Assembly: GCA_026993975.1 (NCBI GenBank)
Contig: JALWRR010000201.1
Span: 1-36,378, forward strand
Direction: 5' to 3'
Origin: Promethearchaeati archaeon
Lineage (GTDB): Archaea; Asgardarchaeota; Njordarchaeia; Njordarchaeales; Njordarchaeaceae
Length of the DNA: 36,378 nucleotides
The notes beneath the pieces are model-generated. The model did not search any database, was not told the DNA's origin, and saw only the letters and a program-made list of their open reading frames with translations. Position numbers and translations under genes: made by a program. Shown in pieces: positions 19,420 to 28,186 of this stretch. Position 1 is the stretch's first letter, and the number at the start of each line of letters is the position of its first letter.

Positions 19420-19724
19420 GAAGAATTAATCTTAGTTATATAATCTTCCTATTCTCTCCTACTAAATAAGTATCGTTTATATAAGTTAATTATCGTACTT
19501 ATCGTAAACAGCTATGTGATGCATCTAGATAAGAATTTAGTATTATTCTGATGCATGATTGTTTGATTATGAGTGAAATTTAGATTAATCCTAATTAATC
19601 TTAACACATAATGCAGATTTATAGCATTTGTATAACTTAATTATTGTTACAATGCTAATAAAAATACTTTTCAGTTAACAGTACTTATCTTTATAATTTA
19701 ATTATTGATTAATGTGTTCGAGTT

Positions 19725-20951
19725 ATGTCAAGAATACCTAGGGAGGTTTGTGCTTACTGCAAGGGAGTGAAAAAGCTCTGTGGAGCAAAGGTATGCCCAA
19801 TACTCATTAAGAGTGCGACAGCATTGAATTTGATTCCCAAGATAGTTAATAAGAGAAGTCTAGATGGATTTTCTCCACCTAACTTACTCGTAGGTGAGCA
19901 TGGTTATCCTCTTGTTAATCTCGGCCCAATATCAACAAATGAATTTTCTTATGCAAGGGAAGATCCAGAAATTTGGGCTAGGAAGAGATTGGATCTAATA
20001 GATATATTGAAGATGAGAGTAAGTATGCTTTATGCTTTTCAGAAAGTTAAGGTAACTAGATATAACTATCTCATCGATGCGTTGAAAGAGATGATTATTA
20101 GCTTAAAGCCCGTTGACATAGATATATACTTAAAGAAAGAACCGAAAATACTAATAAACTTTGATGCTGATATTCCCCCAATTGGAGCATCAGGTATTCT
20201 AGAGAGAGTAGAGATAGCTGGGAACCCAATAACTACAAGGAAGATTGAGCAAGCTGTTGAAGAGGACGTTAAAACGATAACTATTGTACCAGAATTATGG
20301 AGACATGGAATGAATTTCTATTACATTCAGAGATTACTATCCGCCGGTCTATTAGGAGTTAAGGCTAGAAGAAGAATTGTACCAACGAGATGGAGCATTA
20401 CTGCAACTGATAGTATCTTAGGCCAATTCTTTCTAAGGAAAATAAGGTATAGTGGCACCCTAGGTCAATCATCCCTACATTACTGGGAGTATCTAGGGAA
20501 CAAGTACTATATCTTATTGATACCGAATGAATCCTGGGCAATGGAGATGTTCGAGATATGGTTACCATACAGTGTCTGGGTTAGAGAATCAAGAAACCCA
20601 GTAATAATACATATTCATGAGGACTATGACGGTAAACCAAATAAGATAGATGGTGGCTATATGGCGATTCGCTATAGTGTTCTCGAATACCTAACGAAAG
20701 TGAATAAGAAAGCAGCCGTCATAGCTATAAGAATAATCACACCTAAGTATTTTGCTCCAGTCGGAAGTTGGCAGATAAGGGAGAGCGTTAAGCTTGCTTT
20801 GCAATCACCTCCAATAATGCGAGGTGAACCTGAAGAGTTGCTGAATGAAGTAATGCTTAGAGAAAAGGATAACTTAAATATTGATTTTAGCAGTAAATCA
20901 TGGATATTAAGGAGAATCAAGCAACCTAAATTAATAGACTTTATTAAGTAG
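19725..20951 (+). CDS. nre: Nre family PCNA-interacting DNA repair protein
   Basis: N-terminal CxxCKG...LCG...CP, SPP...VG..GYP, VPTRWSITA.D, GGY.A.R, PVG.WQIRE, and C-terminal PIP box QPKLIDF. Confidence 0.93.
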   Translation: MSRIPREVCAYCKGVKKLCGAKVCPILIKSATALNLIPKIVNKRSLDGFSPPNLLVGEHGYPLVNLGPISTNEFSYAREDPEIWARKRLDLIDILKMRVSMLYAFQKVKVTRYNYLIDALKEMIISLKPVDIDIYLKKEPKILINFDADIPPIGASGILERVEIAGNPITTRKIEQAVEEDVKTITIVPELWRHGMNFYYIQRLLSAGLLGVKARRRIVPTRWSITATDSILGQFFLRKIRYSGTLGQSSLHYWEYLGNKYYILLIPNESWAMEMFEIWLPYSVWVRESRNPVIIHIHEDYDGKPNKIDGGYMAIRYSVLEYLTKVNKKAAVIAIRIITPKYFAPVGSWQIRESVKLALQSPPIMRGEPEELLNEVMLREKDNLNIDFSSKSWILRRIKQPKLIDFIK

Positions 20952-21179
20952 AAATGATTCAAATTTTTAGAACAGTCATGATCTCTATCCTCTATGATAA
21001 GCTCACAAGTATGAGATAATTTAATTTACCTAAAATTTCATCTAAGCCATTACGTTAGCGGCTAGAAACTAATTTACGCAAATATTATAATACAGGTATT
21101 TTATTCAATCAATAATTTAAATAATAGAGGTTCCCCATTTTAAGAGAAACCATATTTAATGAATTAGCGGTGATTAATA

Positions 21180-22487
21180 ATGCCAATTAAAGGGATAGAT
21201 TCAATAGATTTAATTAAGAGGGTTCTAGATGGCAAGAGACTCACAAAAGACGAATTAAAACAGATTATAGAAGATGCCCTAGGGGGCGCTCTACCCGATG
21301 TAGCAATTACAGCATTTATTGTAAGGCAATATATTAAGCCGTTCTCAATTGACGAAATAGCTGACTTAACAATGGCTATGGTTGAAACTGGCAAGACTGT
21401 TGATTTTGGTCCTAATACTGTGGATAAGCATAGTATTGGTGGTGTTCCCGGGAATAAGGTCTCTCTACTGATAGTTCCTATTATCGCTTCAACAGGCCTC
21501 AAGATCCCTAAGACTAGCTCGAGAAGCATAACAACAATAGGAACAGCAGATACGTTTGAAGTTTTAACGAATGTTAATCTCTCTCTAGAGGAAGTTGAGG
21601 AAGTTGTTAATAAGGTTAATGGATGCATAGTGTGGGGTGGAGCACTAGATATAGCTCCAGCTGATGATCTATTTATCCAGAAAGTAGAGAGTGTTCTAAG
21701 GATTGATCCTATATCACAATTGCTTGCTTCAATTATGGCGAAGAAAGTGGCTATGGGGGTAAAGTACCTCGTTATAGATATTCCTCAGGGGAAAGGAACT
21801 AAAGCTGAAACAATGGAGGATGCAATGAAATTAGCTAGAATGTTCGTTGATATAGGGCAGAAATTGAATGTTCATGTAGAAGGAGCAATCACTTACGGGG
21901 ATCAACCAATAGGTCATGCCGTTGGACCAGCATTAGAAGCAAGAGAAGCGTTAATGACTCTTGAGGGAAAAATCCCCTCAACATCACTAGTGGAAAAAGC
22001 CACAGGCTTAGCTGGTATCCTCTTAGAAATGACTGGAAGAACCCCGCCTAACAGGGGTTCAGAGGTAGCAAAAGAAATCTTGAAATCTGGTAAAGCGCTT
22101 AAAAAGATGAGAGAAATAATCGAAGCGCAGGGAGGAGATCCGAAGATAAAATCCGAGGACATACCAATAGGCCAATATACTGCTGATATAGAGGCTACAG
22201 CAGACGGTTACGTTGTTTCTATAGATAATAGGGCTATTATGGCTATCGTGAGAGCAGCTGGTGCTCCTAAAGATAAGGGTGCAGGGGTTATTGTTCATAA
22301 GAAAGGTGGTAGATACGTTAAGAAGGGTGAGCCTGTCATGACGATATACTCTAATAGTGAGGCTAGGTTAGATGAGGCTTTGAGTCTAGCTAGAACATTA
22401 GAACCAGTTATTATAGAGGGGATGATTAGAAAAAGAATAGTGCAAGCGCAATTCTTAATGAGTGCGTCTTTTGAGGAATCTGGCTAG
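21180..22487 (+). CDS. deoA: AMP phosphorylase (thymidine phosphorylase family), short N-terminus
   Basis: DKHSIGGVPGNK, PKTSSRSIT...GTAD, IAPADD, SIMAKK, QPIG.AVGPALEA and AGAPKDKGAG motifs. GGTGA SD. Adjacent to R15P isomerase. Confidence 0.92.
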   Translation: MPIKGIDSIDLIKRVLDGKRLTKDELKQIIEDALGGALPDVAITAFIVRQYIKPFSIDEIADLTMAMVETGKTVDFGPNTVDKHSIGGVPGNKVSLLIVPIIASTGLKIPKTSSRSITTIGTADTFEVLTNVNLSLEEVEEVVNKVNGCIVWGGALDIAPADDLFIQKVESVLRIDPISQLLASIMAKKVAMGVKYLVIDIPQGKGTKAETMEDAMKLARMFVDIGQKLNVHVEGAITYGDQPIGHAVGPALEAREALMTLEGKIPSTSLVEKATGLAGILLEMTGRTPPNRGSEVAKEILKSGKALKKMREIIEAQGGDPKIKSEDIPIGQYTADIEATADGYVVSIDNRAIMAIVRAAGAPKDKGAGVIVHKKGGRYVKKGEPVMTIYSNSEARLDEALSLARTLEPVIIEGMIRKRIVQAQFLMSASFEESG

Positions 22488-22488
22488 A

Positions 22489-23448
22489 TCATATATCTAT
22501 TTTAATTATTTCCCATATTTTTGGATACATTTCTTTAAAAGCTCTTATTACATCGCTAGGTGGAATTATGCCTGCTTCTGTTATTATTGCATCAATGAAT
22601 TCTGGTGAAACAGTTTCAAAGGCTGGATTCAGGATTGTGACTCCTTCAGGCGCATCATGCCAAACCTCCTTTGGATTCCGCATCTCAATGGTTATGTAAT
22701 CCCCGAGGATAGATTTTAGATCTAGTTTTAGGAGAGTGGTCGTTACGTATAAAGGGAAATCGAACTCCTTAGCCACTAATGCGAGAAGCTTACTACCAAT
22801 CTTATTTACTATTACTCCATTACTACCAATTGCATCAGACCCAATCATTGCTAGATCAGGCTTATATTTTCTAGCAGCCCATCTCATCGCGCTATCAACA
22901 ATATAATAAACCTTTATCCCACTTTCAGCTAGCTCTCTTGCTGTTCTTCTTCCCTGATAAACAGGCCTAGTCTCTGACGCTATAACACGGATGTTCTTGC
23001 CTTTCTCATGAGCTTTTCTAAGAATCTCAACTACAGTGGTTGAGTGACAGTGAGTCATAACTATTCCTTCGTCAGGAACTCTCTTCCAACCGATTTCTAT
23101 TATTTTCCTGAAAGCGTTTCTCAATGTTTCTAAATAGCTATCAGCAGCCCTAGTTAATTCCTCCCTGATTACAGATAGTTCAGCTTTTTCCTCTAGCAAT
23201 TTACTATAAATGGATTTAATTAGATTTAATCCATTCTGCATAGCTGGTTCAGTAGGTCTGCTATTGAAAAGCATTTCAATAGACTTATTTAATGTATCTA
23301 ATAACTCCTCGTCGGTAGACTCGCTAAGGACGCGTTTAATCGTTTCCATAGCTGTAACCGCGATTCGGGTTGCGCCTCGAATCCTTAAGCTAGCGATATC
23401 CTCTTGAATTCGCTTAACATAATCCAATAAATTTTCTTGAGAAGACAT
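22489..23448 (-). CDS. Ribose-1,5-bisphosphate isomerase (eIF2B alpha/beta/delta family)
   Basis: IRGA, SRPTEPAM.N, THCHS (catalytic Cys), ETRP, G.DA, NKIG and NPAF motifs. ATG 23448 follows AGGTG (track start 23457). Confidence 0.9.
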   Translation of the reverse strand: MSSQENLLDYVKRIQEDIASLRIRGATRIAVTAMETIKRVLSESTDEELLDTLNKSIEMLFNSRPTEPAMQNGLNLIKSIYSKLLEEKAELSVIREELTRAADSYLETLRNAFRKIIEIGWKRVPDEGIVMTHCHSTTVVEILRKAHEKGKNIRVIASETRPVYQGRRTARELAESGIKVYYIVDSAMRWAARKYKPDLAMIGSDAIGSNGVIVNKIGSKLLALVAKEFDFPLYVTTTLLKLDLKSILGDYITIEMRNPKEVWHDAPEGVTILNPAFETVSPEFIDAIITEAGIIPPSDVIRAFKEMYPKIWEIIKIDI

Positions 23449-23499
23449 AAAAGACACCTATTTAAATAAAAATCAGTGGTGATTAAAAAGTTAAACCGA

Positions 23500-24381
23500 T
23501 TATTTAGCGGGTACAAATGTTCTTATCTCTACGAAGAACCAAGCTATGAACGCTGCTATTAATCCCATTGCTGCTCCAATTATTCCAGCAACGATCATAA
23601 CGCCTATAACTATAACTTCCATTCCTATATTGAATATTGATCGAACAGCGCCAACTAGCTGAGGCCACCATATTCCCGTCAGGACGGATATGCTCAGCAT
23701 AGCAACTATTATACCGTTTATTAATGCACCACGCCAATATCCCGTGACCCATCCTATGAATATTCCTGGGAGTATGAAGTCAAGTAGTATTATTAACTCG
23801 AAGAACCTTGTTAAATCGTTTTGCAAGCCATAAGCCGAGTACAGTAAGTAAGTTGTTGTTATGGTTAATGCATAGAATATTATTCCTATGACTAATCCGA
23901 TAAGCATATTTTTCGTATCTCTTCGCCCAAGAATCTCAAATTTTCTTACCCTACTTTCAAGAGTTTTTGTTAATTCTCTAGTGAGAATTAGGGATGCCTT
24001 CTCAGCCTCTTCTTGATCAATAAGACCTGTCTCTCCAGGTATAATCTTATCTAATGTCTCCTTATTTCGATTCAGAAAACTCTCAAATACCCTCCAAACG
24101 AGCTTAGGATTATCTTCTGGATCTGTGATTGCGACAGCTAGTATTCGGACTCCATCAACATCTATATATCTGTATGACATTTTCACATGTTCAAACTCTA
24201 TTATCTGTACTCTACTACCTAAAGCATCATAACCGAACATTGATACTGCGGATAAGAAGTTAACCATCAAGCTGTGATCTCTACCAGCGACTCTCTCAAG
24301 TATATAATCTGGTATCTTCGGGTGAACGTAATGCCAGATTAAAGTTCCCTCCTCAGAGGCCAAGTACATCAAATAAATCAT
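23500..24381 (-). CDS. Longin-like domain fused to four C-terminal TM helices
   Basis: N-terminus MIYLMYLASEEGTLIWHY...D..LMVNFLSAV..FG...IEF...KMSY...ILAVAITD..D matches the longin beta-beta-alpha-beta-beta-beta-alpha pattern. The C-terminal ~135 aa holds four Gly-rich hydrophobic helices. Confidence 0.7.
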   Translation of the reverse strand: MIYLMYLASEEGTLIWHYVHPKIPDYILERVAGRDHSLMVNFLSAVSMFGYDALGSRVQIIEFEHVKMSYRYIDVDGVRILAVAITDPEDNPKLVWRVFESFLNRNKETLDKIIPGETGLIDQEEAEKASLILTRELTKTLESRVRKFEILGRRDTKNMLIGLVIGIIFYALTITTTYLLYSAYGLQNDLTRFFELIILLDFILPGIFIGWVTGYWRGALINGIIVAMLSISVLTGIWWPQLVGAVRSIFNIGMEVIVIGVMIVAGIIGAAMGLIAAFIAWFFVEIRTFVPAK

Positions 24382-24537
24382 TTGTTCTCACGTAATTCTA
24401 CTAGTCCTAGAGATTTAGATTGTGTGTTATAGATATGATGTTATGGTGTATAAAAATTTATTCAATGATGCTCCTTAAAAAAACATAATTCAGCATGATT
24501 ATTTAAATAATTATAGGTAAAAGAAGAAGAAATCTCG

Positions 24538-27500
24538 TTATTTACCTATGAATCTTTTTCTCAGGGTTCTCAACTCGTTTTCAATTTCCATAATGTTTTC
24601 CTTCAAAGGATCATCTAGTTTTCCGCGAGTGAGTATTTTTATGTCTTTTAGTGCTTTATACGCTCTATCGAATAGCTCTTTAGCTCTTATAACATTTAGT
24701 TTTTTGGGTGGTAGGGAGGAAACTATAGATATGAAGTCCCTTAGATCCATAATCGATTGATCGAATTGCTTTAGAGAATTCTTGATTCTGCTGTCGAAGA
24801 GGATTAAGCTGCACTTCATGTAAGCAAGCTCTATCGGGTCAAACTTGCCTTCAAGTTCAGCTAGAATGCCTCTACATGCATTCAAGTCCTCTTCTACCTG
24901 TTCTATTCCTAGCTCTGAGAAGAATCTAGCTATTGCTCTACGTAGTCTTAAGTTGAATTCATATGATTTAATCATTGGTCTCTCATCTTCTGATATCTTA
25001 TCACTAATTAACTCTATTGTTTCTATGGCTGTACCTAGTAATTCGTAAAGATCGTTAAACATTGATAATGAGTACCATATTTTTGCGAGAGAGATTGTTG
25101 TCCATGATAAAGAGCCAAAGTAATCAACTGCATCTAATGGGAGTTCTGAGCTTTCCTTGATTTTACTGAAGATATGTATTAGTATATCCTTTAGCACTAA
25201 AGTAGCCTTGTTCAAGAATTCTTCAGGAGATGTAAGATGCTGTTTAAGAATCCTAGTTATCTTCAGTAATATTAGAACAGTTTCTGGTTTCTTCCATTCA
25301 CCACTATCACTTAGAACTGTTTTAAACAATTCTCTCATCTTATTCAGAATATTTATTGCTGATTGGTATTGCGCTGATTCTAGATGAGATCTAAATAAAT
25401 CCTTGAAAGTATCTAAGTAATCCTTCATATTTACGTGCTCTGCTCCGTATTGAGCTATTATGGAGTTAGCTACGCCGATAGCCTTACTCAATATACCAAT
25501 AGCTCTCTCATAATTACTTAACCTCATGTATACCTTTCCAAGCATCTTGAGTATATTGAAATAACTTATCCAGATATCCTTCGCACTAATCCCCATCTTA
25601 ATAAGCATCTCTATATTATCTCTAGCTTCAATTAGTAAGTCCGCGGTCTCTTTCTTATTATTGCTTCTGAGCAAGATTCTAGCTATCTTGGGAGCTACCT
25701 TGATTTTATGAATCATTAGATCGAGAGTACTAGGACTAAAGCTCATAGATTTGCTTAACTCATATATCTCGTTATAATATATAAACGCTTGATTGTAGTT
25801 CTCGCTTGATGCGTAAATATCCCCTATTTTCTCGTAGATTGTGAATAGGTTTTTTAGGACGATCGGGTCGATTATCTTAGGGGTCTGCACGCTTATTAAG
25901 TAGTTTAGGAATTTTAAATGCTCTGATAGCCAGGGGAACTCTCTGGTGAATAGTTCTGAATCAGTTATAATGTCTACTACTAAATCAAGGGTGTTTGAGT
26001 ATGTTCTTAATACTATTATGTCGCGAGGATAACGATTTAAGTAACCTTTGGATTCATCAGCTATCTTCTTAAGGATGCTTAAAGCTTGATTCTTTTCCTC
26101 CTTTAGGAATATGTTAGCCTTTAAGAAAAGAGAATTAAGATATATCCTCTGTAAATCCCGGCCAAAAGGCTCTTCAAGAATTGTTTTATCAATAGATATG
26201 AATTCATTATAATTGCTTTCAAGTGACTTAATATAATCTAATGCTTCATTAATCCTTCCATTAACATATAAGGTTTTACTTAATAATAAATAACAATGCA
26301 TTTTCTCAAGTAAAGTTTCTTGATTTAAGGGTATTCTCTCTATCTTCTCGAGATTAACTCTTATTATACTTAGCGCGTCAGAGAAATGCCCTTTGGCAAA
26401 CAATATCTTAGCTAGTTGTGTTCTAGCCCTTATCTTGTCAAAATCGGTTGATTCAGGATTATCGATCAGCGCTCTATATATCCCTACGGCTTCTTTATCT
26501 AAGCTAATTGACTCAAGTAATTTAGCGTAAAAATGCTTCATTGTGGTGTCTAAATCAATCTTATCAAGAATCCAATTAAGCATTATCACGTTTTCTCTTA
26601 ATTGACCAGTAAAATACAGGTTATTGATGGTTTCTTCAAGAACATTTAGTAATTTTTCTCTAGATATATTACCAAGCACATTTAAATACTGCATTAGCGC
26701 GTAAAAATCGTTTCTCTTTTTGTATTTTCCTAAAAGGAAATCAGTAAACGCATTAATCTCTTCCTCACTAATATCTATGCCCATGCTACTTAAAGCCGAT
26801 ATGAACAAGTTATGTAATCTCCATGCATCATACATCTCTAACTTAGGTTTAACTATGGAGAAAGAAATAATATTATCAACTAGATCCTCACCACTTTCCT
26901 TGTCAAAGAAGCTGCCTAACTCACCAGGATCAAACCAATCAAGTATAGACGCCATGTAAAATATTTTCTTATCTCTATTACTCATCTGATTAACATAATG
27001 CTCAATAATGCGGTTTTCATCTAATTTCTCTTCTCCAGAGATCAGCTTTTCAGCGTAATCAATGATATCCACGCCGCTTCTAGATAATTGATCCAAGTAT
27101 TCTGCATATAATGTTAAGTAAAACGCCTTACCCTTAGTTATCTTAATGGAGTTTTCAACGAACTCCTCAGTAGAAATGCCTAGCCTATTCTCCAAGTACT
27201 TATCTACATCACTTGATTGAAATGGTTGAAGCTGTATCGAAATCAAGTGCTGGGGATTACTCCAAGAATCTGAGTACTTAGACCAATTAATTTTCTCTCT
27301 AGTAGAAACGATGATAAACATTCTACTTGATAAAGCTGCTAGAAGAATGGGTATTAATTCATCATGCAATAAGTCCTTGCTTAAAGAATCAATTATCATA
27401 ACTATTCTAGAATCCTCACTTAGCTCTCTCAACAAGTCCTCCGCTAAAGCTAGAGGTAATAATTGAATTAAATGATAATTTTCAAGTGAATCGAGATCTA

Positions 27501-28020
27501 TCCTATCCTGGAAAGTGAGACTATCCCCATAAATCCTGCGAATTGCTTCTAACACCCTAGAAAGTACTATATACGCGTTACGCTTTTCTTTTCTCGGTCT
27601 AAGAACAGCTCCATCTTTAGCTTCGATGATATCAAGTACTCTCCTATTAATCGTGTCAAGTACAGTATCAAAGTTATTCAACTTTGTATCAAATTTAACG
27701 CTGATTAATCTGCCTAAGGATAAGAGAATATTCATAGCGCTTCTATCGCCTTCAGCATCTAGAGCTATATAGCTTATTCCAGCATCCTTCACAGATGTCT
27801 CTAAGAAATACTTAAGCAACCATGTCTTCCCAATTCCAGCTTGTCCATACACATTTATTATCGGCGAATTACCATTCTTCATATAGAGCTTAAGGAACCC
27901 TTTCAATGCCTCTAGGGCCTCCTTTTGGTTAATAAATTGAGACTCTATTAAATCAAACTTTAGTCTATCTAAGCGATATTCTTCAGCCAATTCTTTCTCC
28001 TTAGTATAGTAAAGTATCAT
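24538..28020 (-). CDS. STAND-class P-loop NTPase with C-terminal TPR-like repeats
   Basis: FINQ.E..., Walker A YGQAGIGKT, Walker B VMIIDS, sensor IIVSTR, L.PF, TKG.AFYL (GxP-like), LH (MHD-like), then about 700 aa of TPR-like helical repeats. GGGTG SD. Confidence 0.85.
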   Translation of the reverse strand: MILYYTKEKELAEEYRLDRLKFDLIESQFINQKEALEALKGFLKLYMKNGNSPIINVYGQAGIGKTWLLKYFLETSVKDAGISYIALDAEGDRSAMNILLSLGRLISVKFDTKLNNFDTVLDTINRRVLDIIEAKDGAVLRPRKEKRNAYIVLSRVLEAIRRIYGDSLTFQDRIDLDSLENYHLIQLLPLALAEDLLRELSEDSRIVMIIDSLSKDLLHDELIPILLAALSSRMFIIVSTREKINWSKYSDSWSNPQHLISIQLQPFQSSDVDKYLENRLGISTEEFVENSIKITKGKAFYLTLYAEYLDQLSRSGVDIIDYAEKLISGEEKLDENRIIEHYVNQMSNRDKKIFYMASILDWFDPGELGSFFDKESGEDLVDNIISFSIVKPKLEMYDAWRLHNLFISALSSMGIDISEEEINAFTDFLLGKYKKRNDFYALMQYLNVLGNISREKLLNVLEETINNLYFTGQLRENVIMLNWILDKIDLDTTMKHFYAKLLESISLDKEAVGIYRALIDNPESTDFDKIRARTQLAKILFAKGHFSDALSIIRVNLEKIERIPLNQETLLEKMHCYLLLSKTLYVNGRINEALDYIKSLESNYNEFISIDKTILEEPFGRDLQRIYLNSLFLKANIFLKEEKNQALSILKKIADESKGYLNRYPRDIIVLRTYSNTLDLVVDIITDSELFTREFPWLSEHLKFLNYLISVQTPKIIDPIVLKNLFTIYEKIGDIYASSENYNQAFIYYNEIYELSKSMSFSPSTLDLMIHKIKVAPKIARILLRSNNKKETADLLIEARDNIEMLIKMGISAKDIWISYFNILKMLGKVYMRLSNYERAIGILSKAIGVANSIIAQYGAEHVNMKDYLDTFKDLFRSHLESAQYQSAINILNKMRELFKTVLSDSGEWKKPETVLILLKITRILKQHLTSPEEFLNKATLVLKDILIHIFSKIKESSELPLDAVDYFGSLSWTTISLAKIWYSLSMFNDLYELLGTAIETIELISDKISEDERPMIKSYEFNLRLRRAIARFFSELGIEQVEEDLNACRGILAELEGKFDPIELAYMKCSLILFDSRIKNSLKQFDQSIMDLRDFISIVSSLPPKKLNVIRAKELFDRAYKALKDIKILTRGKLDDPLKENIMEIENELRTLRKRFIGK

Positions 28021-28186
28021 TGAAAAACACCCTTAAAAACGTAAGATGAAATGTGATTATAGATATATTGTAGAGTATTCAAATCTTACAGTTAGCTATA
28101 GAAAAAGGGGAAAATACAATAAAAATATGGCATAAATAAAGAAAATTGAGATAAAATCATATAGGGATTAATATGAATCGCTTTAA

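Noticed and set aside
19515-19580. Possible C/D box sRNA (GTGATGC...CTGA...ATGATT)
   Set aside because: The C box is imperfect, there is no terminal CTGA D box at the expected distance, and no guide target can be verified.
22489-23448. Annotation as translation factor eIF2B or methylthioribose-1-phosphate isomerase
   Set aside because: THCHS and RPTEP motifs plus adjacency to AMP phosphorylase favour R15P isomerase; MtnA typically has THCN.
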